Part shown: positions 14,961 to 29,020 of the stretch, piece after piece
Layout: every line of letters starts with the position of its first letter
Numbering within the stretch: position 1 is the first letter of the stretch
Assembly: GCA_951406725.2 (NCBI GenBank)
Contig: OX597815.1
Coordinates: 31,372,001 to 31,436,000 of the forward strand
Direction of reading: 5' to 3'
DNA from: Octopus vulgaris
Taxonomy: Eukaryota
Length of the DNA: 64,000 bases
Position numbers and translations under genes: made by a program
The notes under the pieces: model-generated
Seen by the model: the letters and a program-made list of their open reading frames with translations, nothing else
What the model was told of the DNA's origin: nothing
The model's database searches: none

Positions 14961-15803
14961 GAAAAAAAAAAAAATGAAAAAAAAAACAAAAAAAAGATGC
15001 GGTTCTGTGGTGTTCATGCTCTTCTGAAGAATATTTGTGACTAAATTCGTTAACCTTGATGGAAAAGAACCTGTAGTGAAATACATTCTATCAATGGCCT
15101 TTCGCATTTATTCACTCACAGTGTAACCGGGACTACATGGTTTAGTCTATTTACATTTATGTATATGGGATACGGTGTAGTTCGAAGAAGATTTGGTTGC
15201 TATTTCAAGCAGGTCGAGTAACCACGTGCAGATTGCCTCGTTGACTTATTTTATTGATTTCTATGCCACCTGAACATGATCGGGACATGTAATACAAAAC
15301 CGTCTGATCAATACATAACTTTATAGCCATAGTAATACAGTTTTCTTGTATGACGATTTTTAAAGTAAAGGAGAATGAACAACAGCTTGTCCTTGGGTTA
15401 AACAACGACTTGTTATTTTTGTTTAGCCCTAGGTAGTCAATGCGTAGGCATGTGTTCCTATTATATACAATCCCATTTTTTGTCTTCTACGTACTGCGTG
15501 ACTAGGAGGACTACATCATGTCATGAGCACTTCCTTTCTTCTTAGATAATAGGGCGTGATTTGCAGACAACTGACTGACTCCCTCCTTCGTTGGCTCGAA
15601 TGAAAAACATGTTTGTTTAGTATAAGTATATTTGTAGTAACAACAATTCGAACCTATCTAACTTTCCCTACACATTAGTTTTTCGAATTCTTGAACAGTT
15701 TGCGTTCGGTGCACAAATAATACCATTGCGGTACATTCACCTCATTACAAACAATCCCTCAACAACAATAACAAGAAAATATCTTTGCGTGTGTATCTGT
15801 ATA

Positions 15804-16223
15804 CTCTTTTACTCTTTTACTTGTTTCGGTCATTTGACTGCGGCCATGCTGGAGTACCGCCTTTAGTCGAGCAAATCGACCTCGGGACTTATTCTTTGGA
15901 AGCCTAGTACTTATTCTATCGGTCTCTTTTGCCGAACCGCTAAGTAACGGGAACGTAAACACACCGGCATCGGTTATCAAGCGACGCTGGGGGGACAAAC
16001 ACAGACACACAAACACATACACACACATACATATATATATATATATAGATACATATATACAACGGGCTTCTTTCAGTTTCCGTCTACCAAATCCACTCAC
16101 AAAGCTTTGGTCGGCCCGAGGCTTTAGTAGAAGACACTTGCCCAAGGTGCCACGCAGTGGGAATAAACCCAGAACCATGTGGTTCATAAGCAAGCTACTT
16201 ACCACACAGCCACTCTTACGCCT
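15804..16223 (-). mobile_element. tRNA-derived SINE family B, full length
   Basis: Near-perfect reverse complement of 18434-18881, including the (GTAAAAGA)n tail. Confidence 0.9.
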
Positions 16224-16552
16224 ATATACTGCATTTTTTTTTCTAAAACAATTTCTTAAAATCTTTAAATTGTAATATATAATTTTGATCAATAATAGCG
16301 CATGAAACAGTCTGAAATTAAAGATACCGATGGTTATATATTTATAATGTTCTGAGCAGAGCCCTGTTCTTTTAATACAAGTCTCTTTGAGAAGTTTCTC
16401 TGGGACAAAATATTACATTTAATGCCATACGAGGTCTGTGTACATATCTTCAATGTTATTACACTCCGATGTGTAAATTTTGATAACAAAGAGCTTGTTA
16501 ATTTTTTTCTGCCTTTTTTGAAAGTCACGCAAAGTTGAGATTTCTTTTAGAT

Positions 16553-16972
16553 TTCTTTTATCTTTTACTTCTTTCACTCATTAGACTGTGGCCATGCTGG
16601 GGCCCTGCCCTGAAGGATTTTAGTCGAATGAATCAACTCCAGTGCTTATAATCTTTTAGGTCCAGTACTTATTCTATTGGCCTTATGTACCGAACCGCTA
16701 AGTTATGGGAACGTAAACATCATCATCGGTTGTCAAGCGATGGTGGGGAACAAACACGACGACATACACAGACACACACACACACACACACACAATCACA
16801 CACATGTGACGGGTTTCTTTCAGTTTCTGTCTACAAAATACACTCAACAAAGTTTTAGTCGGCCCGATTCTATAATAACAGACACTTGAACCAAGGTGCC
16901 ATGCAATGGGACTGAACCCGGGACCATATGGTTGGGTAGCAAACATCTTACCACACAGCCACGCCTTCGCCT
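16553..16972 (-). mobile_element. tRNA-derived SINE family B, diverged
   Basis: Same architecture as 15804-16223. Confidence 0.85.
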
Positions 16973-17973
16973 ACAGCTTTTTTTTTTGTATCGATTGGTA
17001 GTTTTTTGTGAAAACATAACTAATAATTTCACGCAGTTTAGGGGGAGGGTTAATTTTTTTCTATATACGATAAACACTATTTTGGGGGTGAGGCCTTTAT
17101 TTCGGATTCCATGGGTTCGATGAAGTTCAAATTATCAATCTAATTACTTTTTATCATCTTCGTTAGCCATGCATCACATCATAGGTAGTCGAAAACTGTA
17201 CATCATGTTGAACACTATACACAGTCTCTTCTCTGTGGCGGGAAATTTGAAAGCTGGAAAATATTGACAGCAGATTGCGTAAGAAATGTTCAAACTATTT
17301 CGGTATCTTTTGATTTAAATACAAGAATATGAAGGCCACTTAAATAAAAAAAAAAAGTAAGCTTTTAATAATAGATACAGAGAAGCGTGCACATTTAATC
17401 CCGTGGAGTGCGTGCCAACATCGAGACTAGAGTACGGTTTCAAACGCCCGTTGAAGACATTTCATATAACAAGTTCTCATAATATTCTTTGAAGGCCTAT
17501 GGCATCATATTTCTCTGTCACCCCTTTAATTAAGTATACAACTTTCATGCCTGGTCGAATGAATATACATATACATGATATATGCACGTATATGTGTGTG
17601 TATATATATATACATACATATACATACACACACACAAACACATATATACGCACTTACATATGTACCTATAGATAGATAGATAGCTGGCTGCACATGTATA
17701 TAAATACGTGTGTATATATAGTGTGTGTGTGTGAGTATGTATGTAATATGTGTATACATGCACACACACACAAACGTACATCCTCAGGGCCTTCGGATCA
17801 AATTTGGCAATGTGGAACGGGACCGTATATATATATATATATACACACACAGATTATATATATATATACACACACACATGTATATATATATATATATATA
17901 CAAATCCTTTATAAACGCTTGTAAAAGTATTTCTCTATGTGTACATTATATACTACTACTACTATTGTTGTTG

Positions 17974-18019
<46 letters not shown>

Positions 18020-18045
18020 TATTATTATTGTTATTCTTCTTCTTC

Positions 18046-18076
<31 letters not shown>

Positions 18077-18094
18077 CATTATTATTATTATTAA

Positions 18095-18310
18095 GGCAGC
18101 GAGCAGGCAGAATCGTTAACACGCCGGGCAAAATGCTTAGCGTGATTTCGTCTGCTTTCGCGTTTTGAGTTCAATTTTCGCCGAGGTCGACTTTGCCGTT
18201 CATTCTTTCGGGGTCGATAAATTATGTACCAATGAAATACCGGGGTCGATTTGATCGACTAGTCCCCTCCCCCAAAATTTCAAGGCCTTGTGTCTATAGT
18301 AGAAAAGATT
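18095..18310 (+). mobile_element. tRNA-derived SINE family A (Meta-domain-like), short-tail variant
   Basis: Head GGCAGCGAGCAGGCAGAATCGTTA, B-box-like GAGTTCAA, core TTTCGGGGTCGATAAATTATGTACC, tail GGCCTTGTG...AGAAAAG. Confidence 0.88.
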
Positions 18311-18433
18311 ATTATAATCATTATTATTTTTTTTTACTTGTTTCAGTCATGAAACATGCATTTATAAATATATGTTTGCTTGAGTGTAAGTGCGTTTGTG
18401 TATGTATGTATGTGTAAAGTTTTAACATATTTA

Positions 18434-18626
18434 GGCGCAGGAATGGCTGTGTGGTAATTAGCTTGCTTACCAACTACATGGTTCCGGGTTCAGTCCCACT
18501 GCGTAGTACCTTGGGCAAGTGTCTTCTACTATAGCCTCGGGCCGACCAAAGCCCTGTGTGGGGATTTGGTGGACGGAAACTGAAAGAAGCCCGTCGTATA
18601 TGTGTGTATATATATATATGTATGTA

Positions 18627-18673
<47 letters not shown>

Positions 18674-18881
18674 CTGTGTCTGTGTTTGTTCCCCCAACAT
18701 CGCTTGACAACCGATGCTGGTGTGCTTACGTTCCCGTAACTTAGGGGTTCGGCAAAAGAAACCGAAAGAATAAGTACTAGGGTTACAAAGAATAAGTCCT
18801 GGGGTCGATTCGCTCGACTAAAGGCGGTGCTCCAGCATGGCCGCAGCCAAATGACTGAAACAGGTAAAAGAGTAAAAGAGA
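18434..18881 (+). mobile_element. tRNA-derived SINE family B, full length (reference copy)
   Basis: A-box-like TGGCTGTGTGG, B-box-like GGTTCAGTCCC, CORE-like ACCTTGGGCAAGT, internal (TG)n, tail GGCGGTGCTCCAGCATGGCCGCAG...TGACTGAAAC(AGTAAAAG)n. Confidence 0.9.
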
Positions 18882-19401
18882 ATATTTGATAATGAATACC
18901 CGAAGAGATATCTAAGTATCTAGTACTTCAATTAAACGATATCAGATGTCAGTATAAATAACAGACTTATTTAAATGATGGACAAAATACTTTGCTCCAC
19001 TTTGTTACGTCTCACCACTTTCTCTGTTCAAATATTGTCAGAGTCAAACTTGTTTTTCACTCTTGCTTGATCAAAGGCGAACTTATCAATACTACGAGAT
19101 CGATATAATCGGTTGTTGCCACTCTGTCTCTTTGCAGAAATCATTACTATTCGGACAGTAAATTATGATATTTAGTTACATCCTTTTACTTGGTGTTCCC
19201 TCCTTTTCGGGGTCGATGAAATAAACACCTGTCAAGTGAAGACGTCAATGAAATCGACCATTTCAGCTAAATTTTGGTTAATTCATCGAAGTCTGAACAA
19301 GTCTATCTAAAACCTTATCCACTTCTTCCGACACCCGGTGGTGAGCGGAAGTACTAAATCTACCTTCAGTAAGACCCTGGTTTATTTGATTTAATCTAAA
19401 G

Positions 19402-19670
19402 CAGTGGTTCTCAACCATTTTTTGCCTATGGACCCATTTGATTCCTATTTTACACAGGGAGGTGGGACCCTCATAGCTGTTCGCTGTCTAAAATCTGTTG
19501 TGTTTTTTTTGATTAAATATTATTAGGAAATGTATAAAAATGTTATTAAAATTTTTTTTTAAATATGTTATGTACTGTAGAAATACAACCAGTTTATTGC
19601 ACATAAATTTTAACAACAAAATCTTATATGCACCCTCAAGGGCCATATAGACCCCGGTTGAGAACCGTAG
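19402..19670. mobile_element. hAT (Charlie-like) MITE
   Basis: TIRs CAGTGGTTCTCAACC / GGTTGAGAACCGTAG; perfect 8-bp TSD ATCTAAAG at 19394-19401 and 19671-19678. Confidence 0.9.
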
Positions 19671-21253
19671 ATCTAAAGCTTTCATCAGAGTAGAGACTAT
19701 CGGAATGAAGTAAATGTGCAGACTTAACATCAGTTTTGGGTCAGTCTTCAAGCATCGGATGCTACCTGAGTGATGTATTTTTGGAAATAATCTAATGGCA
19801 GCTAGTCAAAGCCGTTAGGCATCAGGTGCCCTGTTCAGTATGCATGTACACACTCAGCATTTTTGTTCGTATTATTTATTGGAATTCGCAAGATATCGAA
19901 ATGGCAGAATCGTTAGAGTGTCGGAGAAAGTGACTTGTGATATTTACTCCGGCTCTTTAACGTTCTCAATTTAAATTCCACCGAGGTCAAATTTACTTTT
20001 CATCTTTTCGCCATCGATAAAATAAAGTACCAGTTATATACTGGGGTCGTCGCGTTCATTAACCTCTTTCTTTGCGCCGAAATCTGAAGCCATTATTACA
20101 GAAATTCTTTTTCAAGTGTAGGGCGTTTTGAGAGGTATTTCTCTTGAGTTGGGACAGAAGAGAGCAGTGTCATGTGCAGACGCGTTTGCCTCTTGTAGCC
20201 AGACTTGGCTGCTTTGATGGTGTGCAGATGTATGTTGCGGACACAGATATAAGATAACACTGAAGTAGAATTTATTTTTGAAGAAGGCTTTCCTTCGGTT
20301 TGTGTATATTTGAAAGGCTTTTACTCTTAGATCAAGCATAGAAGAAGGATGGTGTGGTGTCTGGTGCGTTATCAGGCACTTCTAGTGTTTCACTGTCTAG
20401 TTAGTGCACTAGGTTGGACAATAATTGCTGCTTTCTATAGTGGGTTAAGGAGAGATGAGAGATGATGAACTGGGTGCGCCGACGATGACACATTGTGTAG
20501 GCACTTCAAAAAAGACTTTCAGATTGAAAATATCGAATAACTCAAAAAAGAAAACGCTTGATCTCAAAGTGGTACCGAAGTGCTCTTGCGCATTATGACA
20601 AGCTGTAATGGAATGCAATGTAAACAACCGAGCAAGTTTGACATGCCGTAGGATTGACGAAACTGTTTTATAGGCGTTCAATTGCCTTTGTCTCACTTGC
20701 ATGTAAGTTTGTGTCGAACAATTGCTGAACTGTGTGGAAAGAACTTCTGAAGCATTCAAGTGTTGGACAAAAAATGTCATGCGTTTTCTCTTTTAGTTAT
20801 GACGCTTTGCATTTTAATTTTAATTCCCACCAAGTACACCTTCGTCTTTCATTCCTCTAGAGTCAGTAAAATAAAATATAAGTCAAGTACTGGGCGTTGA
20901 AAGTATCGATTAATTCTTTTTCTTAAAATTGCCGCCCTTATGTCTAAATAAGAAACCCTTGCTTTTGTTGTTTTTCTTGGTGTTGTTATTCTGTTGGCAG
21001 AAAGCAGAACCAGTAGATCATGGGGTTAAAATGTCTTAAATTATTGTGTTATGTCCTTTTCCGTTATCAAGCAGAACCCCACTGGAGGCGTGTGCTGTGT
21101 AGGTATTTAGCATGTCGACAATCATCACTGAAAACAGTGAGAAAGAGAAAAAACGAGAGTGAGAGAGAGAGAGAGAGAGGAGGGAAGAAGTGAAAGAGAG
21201 AGAACCGACCCACCGAGTACTTCTTGCATAAGGCATATGAAGGGTAGAGAGAA

Positions 21254-21488
21254 GGCGGCGAGCTGGCAGAAACGTTAGCACGCCAGGTGAAATGCGTAGC
21301 CATATTTCGTCTGCCGTTACGTTCTGAGTTCAAATTCAGCCGAGGTCGACTTTGCCTTTCATCCTTACGGGGTCGATAAATTAAGTACCAGTTACGCACT
21401 GGGGTCGATGTAATCGACTTAATCCTTTGGTCTGTCCTTGTTTGTCCCTTCTATGTTTAGCCCCTTGTGGGCAATAAAGAAATAAGAA
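21254..21488 (+). mobile_element. tRNA-derived SINE family A, long-tail variant
   Basis: GGCGGCGAGCTGGCAGAA head, GCCTTTCATCC..CGGGGTCGATAAATTAAGTACC core, TTAGCCCCTTGTGGGCAATAAAGAAAT tail. Confidence 0.9.
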
Positions 21489-21937
21489 AAATATGTATAT
21501 ATGACTGAAAAGCTGTGGTTTAGCAGACCCAGTAGATCGTTGCTGTCAATGTCTTGCATTGCTTACTTGTCATTTTACCTTCTAGGTTCAAATCCCGCCC
21601 AGTCCAAATTTACTTTCCATCACTTTCTCGGTCGATCGAATAAAATACTGATCAAGTACTGGTGTGTGTGTGGGGGTGTGGGGTGGGGGGTCGACTAAAT
21701 CCGACTATTTACTTCACTTTTAAATAAAATATGTGTCCTTGTGCCTATGCTGGAGATCAATATTATGACTGAATGAGTATAATAATGACGGTGAAAATAA
21801 TGGTACGCTTCGGTAACTAGGAATTAGTTTTCATTTGACATACTTGAGTAAACAATGATACTCCTGAAGCCACTTTAATGAGAAATCACTATAACATGAA
21901 GTTCAGCTTCGTAATTTGGTTTTAGTGGTTTGAATAT

Positions 21938-22338
21938 GGTTGTTGTTGTTGCTGTTGTTGTTGTTGCTGATATGATTAATGCTGCCAGTGATGATGATGA
22001 TGATGATGATGATGATGTGTTGTTGATGTTGTTGTTGTTGATAATGGAAGTCTGGCAGCTGATAAGGTTGTAATAATTGTTACTATTGTTGTTTTTGCAA
22101 AGGTGGTGAGTTTTGTTGGCAATGATGATGTTGATGGATGTGTTGTAACGGATTGTGTGTGCATGGTGGTGGTGGTGGTGGTGGTGGTGGTGGTGGTGGT
22201 GGTCACGGTGGGAATATGACGTGATTGCTGCTAAAAATGATGATGCTTAATTTATAGCAAATTTTTAATGATGATAATGATGATGTCGACGACGAGGTTG
22301 CCAATTGCTGATGATATTAGATTTGAAGTATGCAATCT

Positions 22339-22377
<39 letters not shown>

Positions 22378-22694
22378 GGCGATAAGTGCAGTTAAAGATG
22401 AGGCCGTAAATTTTGTAACGGTTGTTGTTGTTCATTTTCTTTTACGAGTTATTCTTGTTTATTTGTTACGTTTTATATTAGAATTTCTTCTTTTTTTTCT
22501 TTTCCTTTTTTTATTTTTTTATTTTTATTTTAGCTTAATCAATTCTACAAAATATCACTTTGAATAATTTGTTTGTTACTATTCCTCAAGTCGGAACTAT
22601 TGTGGCTATTATTGCCATTCCTGTTATTACTATTACTCATAAAAAGAAATCATCGTCATTATTATTTTGACTCTTATCATCATCATCATCATCG

Positions 22695-22736
<42 letters not shown>

Positions 22737-22752
22737 CCATCATCATCATCAT
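21938..22752. repeat. Cluster of trinucleotide microsatellites (GTT, GAT, GGT, CAT)
   Basis: Read directly. Confidence 0.9.
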
Positions 22753-23699
22753 TACTTTAGTTGTTTGAAGTTATTGATGCTGTAACTGGTTTGATTATGC
22801 TTCCTTATCGGACCACAACCTAGGATGAGAAGGATTCATTTCCCCTCGTCCTATTATTAAGCTCCTTCCCATACATTTCCCATCAGTTCCTAGTTTGAAT
22901 ACAGAACTTCCCGGATTATTCTTTCCTTTCTGATCCAAGTAAACAATTTCTTCAGTTCTTTGCTTGCACCACACTGACTCACAAATTAAAATCTAACGTA
23001 CCAATTTCTACTCTTAAATTATCTTATACATTCCGAGTTCAAATCCTACTGAGGGCAGATTTGATTTTTACCCTCATGGAGTCGGTGAAATAACGTACAA
23101 ATCAATCACAGGTATCGATTAAATTGGTCCCCCGCCCATCCTTTACTCGAAATTCGTGGCCTTGTGCTTCTCATAATCTGTGTAATTAGCCGAACGCTGA
23201 ATTAATGTTCGAGGTCGACTTAGCCTTTGAGGATAGATTTAATCCGTCACCAGTCTCATCACCACCAGCTGAGTCTTGAGTGCCTTTAGCGGAGTTCTCT
23301 CTGTTGCATGCATTAGGGTTCCATTTCCGGTTTCAGGAGAGCTTTCTCTCATCCACCGACCAGCATTTGAATAGTTGAAAAAGGGTCGTGTCTAATGTCA
23401 TTTCTCTTCAGACAAAATCGATTAGGAAAAAGGAATTAATAATAATGATAATGATAATAATAATAATAATTCATTCTTTAATTAGCCACAGGGATTCACA
23501 TCCTCTTCAAACAAAATCGATTAGGAAATAATAATAATAATAATCCGAGAGAGAGACGGTTCAGCAATTTCTTGCTGAATAACCAGCACTGATAATTTGT
23601 TTACAGAGATCAAAAGTCTGTGCAGTATATGAGATCACTCTCTGCATCAGATAACGTTTCTAGTACAGGTAGGTTCGCAGAGTGTCACACGTTAAATGT

Positions 23700-23815
23700 C
23701 GAAGTAATGGCAGAAGTGTTTTGCTCAAGAACACAACGCGTCGTCCGCTCCAGAAAACCGAAACCACGATCGATCCCGCGTGCAAACAACCCTAACCACT
23801 TGTCTACGCAACCTC
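23700..23815 (-). mobile_element. SINE family C 5' fragment
   Basis: AAGTGTTTTGCTCAAGAACACAACGCGTC...CCTAACCACT matches 43130-43216. Confidence 0.65.
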
Positions 23816-24372
23816 ACTCGCCGGTCGTATATGTTGATCTATCTGAAACGATAAACTTATACTTCAGCCAAACTTTGCGACGATGTGCCAAAGTTTGAAA
23901 AAACCATTATTAATTCGATTAAATGACAGAAACTGTTGATGCTAAAATTCTTACAAGAGGCAGTTCTTTAAAGGAAAGTTAGAATTGTTTTCTCTCACGA
24001 CACACTAACATTATTTCTTAATTACCGACTTTATGGAATTGATTTTTTGCCCTTGTACACCAACAACGAGTCTCTCCTTGCATTCTCGTTTTTGAGTACT
24101 TTCTTTAGTATTTAATTTCATCACAGACACCATTCTAACACATAAAAATCGCACCTTGATCAATAAATGAATTATTCTTTGTACGCTGGGGTTCGTTCTA
24201 TCGACTGCACCTACCCTCCACACACACCGTTTAAAAAAAAATTGTGTGATCTTCAAGCTAATGTAAGAAAAATCATTATTTCTGTATTTGATGTTGTTGA
24301 TTAACTTCATCAGGTCAGCCCTGAACTAGCAGACTTATGATCAAAGGCGTTCCGACCGTGAACATTCTGTTA

Positions 24373-24380
<8 letters not shown>

Positions 24381-24444
<64 letters not shown>

Positions 24445-24783
24445 ATGCATGCATGTGTGTATGTATGCATGCATGTGTGTATGTATGCATGCATGTGTGT
24501 GTATGTATGCATGCATGTGTGTATGTATGCATGCATGTGTGTATGTATGCATGCATGTATGTATGTATGTATGTATGTATATATTTATATATATATATAT
24601 GTTTATATGTATATGTATATGTATATATATATATGTATATATGTATATGTATATATATATATGTATATATGTATATGTATATATATATATGTGTATATAT
24701 GTATATGTATATATATATATGTATATGTATATATGTATATGTATGTATATATATATATATACATATGTATATATGTATATGTA

Positions 24784-24839
<56 letters not shown>

Positions 24840-24847
24840 TATGTATG

Positions 24848-24898
<51 letters not shown>

Positions 24899-24991
24899 GT
24901 ATGTATGTATGTGTATATATATATGTATATATATATATATATATATATGTATATTTATGTATGTATGTATGTGTATATATAAATATATTTG

Positions 24992-25023
<32 letters not shown>

Positions 25024-25060
25024 TATATAGTATGCGTGTGTGTATGTATGCATGCATGTT
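24381..25060. repeat. Compound (TA)n/(TG)n block with a 20-bp TGTGTATGTATGCATGCATG minisatellite
   Basis: About six 20-22-bp units at 24436-24557. Confidence 0.9.
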
Positions 25061-25290
25061 TGTTTGTATAAAGGACATCACTAGTGTGGTTTTGCTCTCT
25101 CTAAGACGGACAGCAAGCTATTTGAGAGACTTGACTGCTATTTCTAGCAAGAAGCCCGACGATACAATAACGCCAACATCGTCTGCTTGTTGTTTATGCA
25201 GTTTGTACATTCAAGTGCGTACAAACATTTTACGCGTGTGTGTGAGTGTGTGCGTATGTGTGTATGTATATATTGTGCGCGCACACACAC

Positions 25291-25351
<61 letters not shown>

Positions 25352-26033
25352 CATATATATATACATGCGTATACATTAATACATTTAGTATACATATTTT
25401 AAAATAGATATGTATATAATATATATTATATGATATTATCAAAAGATACGCACGCACACATATATATACATATATATATTTAATATTTTATATATATTTA
25501 TATATATATATATATGTATATGTATATTGTATATGTATGTACGCATGCACATGTAAAATACATCTTTATATGATAGATATATTTATATTACATATGATTA
25601 TTATATATATATTATTATTTATATCAATATTTATATATATACATTGAGTATATATATTATATTATCACGTGATCACGTGACCGACCAGACCATCATAAGT
25701 TGTTACACATCGCTGGTCACAATGCGTTCGCATTGTTTTAGCCTTCGAATGACGCCACCCCGCTGGCTAAGCGAGCAGGCCATATATTATATTATAGCTG
25801 TATTTATGTGTGTGTGTATGTTTGTGTTTGCGTGTGTATATGTGTGTAGGAGAGAGTCTATACATCATATATAATAAATGCTTCTATTTACATATCTATA
25901 TATATATAATGTCATATTGTGTATAGCATTGTGTATTCATGCATGTGTGTGTGTATGCATGTATATGCATGTGTGAGTGTGTGTATGCATGTATATGCAT
26001 GTGTGAGTGTGTGTGTGTGTGCATGTATATGCA

Positions 26034-26107
<74 letters not shown>

Positions 26108-26941
26108 GTTTCGGCGAACATCTTTGTTTACAAAAGGGGAAAGATATTCACTAGATAAAGCTGAGTATTATGCACATGCTTTTGCAAACTTACATTCCGG
26201 TTATATTACAGACAGACAGCGAAAGACAAACAGGCAGGCAGGCAGACGTATGTCACAGCGTCATTCATATACGATGGTTTTTTTAGTTTTTGCGTATGAT
26301 TACTTATGTAGCTGTTACAACTCTTCAGTCGTAACACCTCAACTCTTTTATTTCTTCCACACTCCCTCTTCTCCCTTTCATACACGCATACACATGCACA
26401 CACGTTGTTGCCTCACCTCTCTCCTGCTTCAAGGTAAGTCGCACTGTAAAACTATCGCAGATGATGTGCAAAGCATGATGATATTTTCGTTTTAGTAAGT
26501 CAGAAAAAACGCATGTCGAAGTAGTAGCAGCAGCAGCAGTAGCAGCAGCAGTAGTAGTAGTAGTAGTGAGTGTAGGAAGCAGTGTCCTTGGCCTTCGTAG
26601 CTTCTTGCTAGAGTGATGTAATCGATGGTGGTTGAGTAATTATAGATCAGGAAAATATGGTTGTTCGGAAGAGAATTCTAAAGTCACGGAGTGGTAAGAC
26701 TGGGAAAAGCAGTATGTGTATATATATAGTAAATGCGCATGCGCGTGTCTTTGTGCGTGTGCGCGAAAAATGATTTCTGCAGATATTTATAGATGAAGGA
26801 ATATTCTCGAGGTGCAAATCAAAATACACCCAGGTGCGCGTATGAGTCTAGTTTGTATAGTGTTGGGCGGGTAGAGGGGCATCAAAGAATGCTACTAATA
26901 TAAATATGTAACGTTTCTAAAACATATGTGTCTTTTACTCT

Positions 26942-27505
26942 AGTCTCGGGCCGACCAAAGCCTTTTGAGTGGATTTGGTAAACGGAAACTAAAAGAAGCC
27001 CGTCGTCTATATGTACATGTATTTTTATATATCAGTGTGTGTGTGTGTGCGTGTGTGTGTGTGTAAGTGCGTGTATCTTCGTGTTTGTGTTTGTCCTTCC
27101 ACCACTACTTGCCAACTGGTTTTGCAGCCTAGCGGTTCGGCAAAGGAGACCTATGGAGTAAGTACCAGACTTTTAAAACATAAGTATTAGGCGAGCTGGC
27201 AGAAATGTTAGGACGCCGGGCGAAACGCTTAGCGGTATTTCGTCTGCCGCTACGTTCTGAGTTCAAATTCCGCCGAGGTCGACTTTGCCTTTCTCGAGTA
27301 AATTAAGTACCAGTTACGCACTGGGGTCGATGAAATCGACTTAATCCGTTTGTCTGTTCTTGTTTTCCCCTCTGTGTGTAGCCCCTCGTGGGCAGTAAAG
27401 AAATAAAGAATAAGTATTAGGGTCAATATATTCGACTAAAATTGCAAGGCGCTGCCCCAGCATGGCCGCAGTCAAATAACTGAAAAAAGTAAAAATTAAA
27501 AGAAG
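26942..27505 (+). mobile_element. 5'-truncated SINE family B interrupted by a family A copy
   Basis: Family B body stops at ATAAGTATTAGG (27180) and resumes after 27411. Confidence 0.8.
27190..27409 (+). mobile_element. SINE family A, long-tail variant, nested in family B
   Basis: Family A sequence flanked by duplicated ATAAGTATTAGG. Confidence 0.88.
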
Positions 27506-28970
27506 GGAATATTGAAGCGAAATGTAGTTCTGAGCAGAAAATATATTGATAAGCGAATCATGATGTCTATTATGGTTCTGGGTGCGGATTACCTTAAGGT
27601 AATAAGTGTCTGCGAAGTACTCAACCATTTCTTTGTTATAAAATTCAATTTGCATGTTATTCTGTTGATTGAAAAACTAGAATGCACATAGTCGAAACCG
27701 ACGGAGGATCCATATACTTTTAACGTCATGTTATAATGAAGAATGAGGAACCGCTGGTGTCTCTCTCTTCCTCAATTTCGGTGTCATTGGTCTTCTTACA
27801 ACTGACTATGAACATTTATCTATTTCGCTTTGCATCCTTGTCCAGTGAGAGAATAAAGGAACACGAGATTAGAACACGAGTTGCTTATCAGATAAAATAT
27901 GTTGTAGAAAGGATCAAATAGAAAGATCTAAAACATATAAACGTATTTTCATATACTTACTGTAACAAACTCATCTCTTAATTAAAGATGACAGGATGCT
28001 CTGAATGTGCTTAACAAAAGATTATTCGATAATATCTTCCTAACTGATCAACTGGATAGTTTTGCGTTAACAAGCAACGTGAATAAGATTCGCTTTTATT
28101 CTCTACTCTGTCATTCATTCTTACACTGCCAACGAAGATATTTATCGGCAAAGAAGAATCAGGTTTGAGTTATTTGCAATTGTTACCTGAGGCAATTTTT
28201 AAAATATTTTTTTCCTCATGGGATGTCAGATTCCGGCCGTTAATTTATTTATAAACTTAGGTCTTTCTTGCACAGATATAATTATTTCGTTATTTTCTGG
28301 TAAGAAAGAGATTTTTATTTTTCGTTTGTTTGTTGTTGTCCATAACGTAATCAGTGAATAAATTCTGATTTCTATATCTTCAGAATCGATATTAAAAAAA
28401 AAAGGAAAAGAAAAGAAAATGTACCCGACATGCAATTCGGTTTAGTCTATTGCCAATATTGGTCTTTTTATGTAATTTGTGGTCCGTCTACCAATCTAAG
28501 ACAAAGCCATGATAAAATCATCATTAATCAATTGATAATTCCAAGGTTTGGCACCAAACCAACAATTTTAAAGCGAGCTGGTTAATCCATCACCTGTATT
28601 AGTTTAGTGTAGTAGTTTAGTACTTAAACTCATTGATTCCGGTAAAAGGAAGGACAAAGTTAAAAGCTCGACTGGATTTGAATTCAGGTCGTAAAGAGCC
28701 GGAAGAAATGCTGCTATGCATTTCGTTCGGCATGCTGCCCAGTTGTTTACTGGGTTCAATCTTATTGACACCACCACATACCCGTACAACCAACCACTGA
28801 GGCATTGTGTTCATGTTAGCAATCACTGGTATTATTATTATTATCCTTTCGGGGTGAATAATTTAAGTACCAGTTGAGTACTAGGGGTCAATGTAATCGA
28901 CAATCCCCCTCCTCCAAATTTCAGGCTTTGTGCCTATAATAGAAAGGAATATCATTATTATTATTATTAT

Positions 28971-29020
<50 letters not shown>

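Noticed and set aside
20112-20780. Two minus-strand ORFs; a plus-strand RDDELGAPT resembling a mariner motif
   Set aside because: No TIRs, many stops and no second motif.
21976-22785. Thr/His/Asp-rich ORFs
   Set aside because: Built from trinucleotide repeats; frames do not connect.
22796-22993. ~65-codon open minus-strand frame (VWCKQRTEEIVYLDQKG...)
   Set aside because: Weak acceptor, no motif and no partner exon.
23607-23668. AG..GT-bounded plus segment DQKSVQYMRSLSASDNVSST as FREM exon 2
   Set aside because: Begins in phase 2, incompatible with the phase-1 donor at 8253; similarity is superficial.
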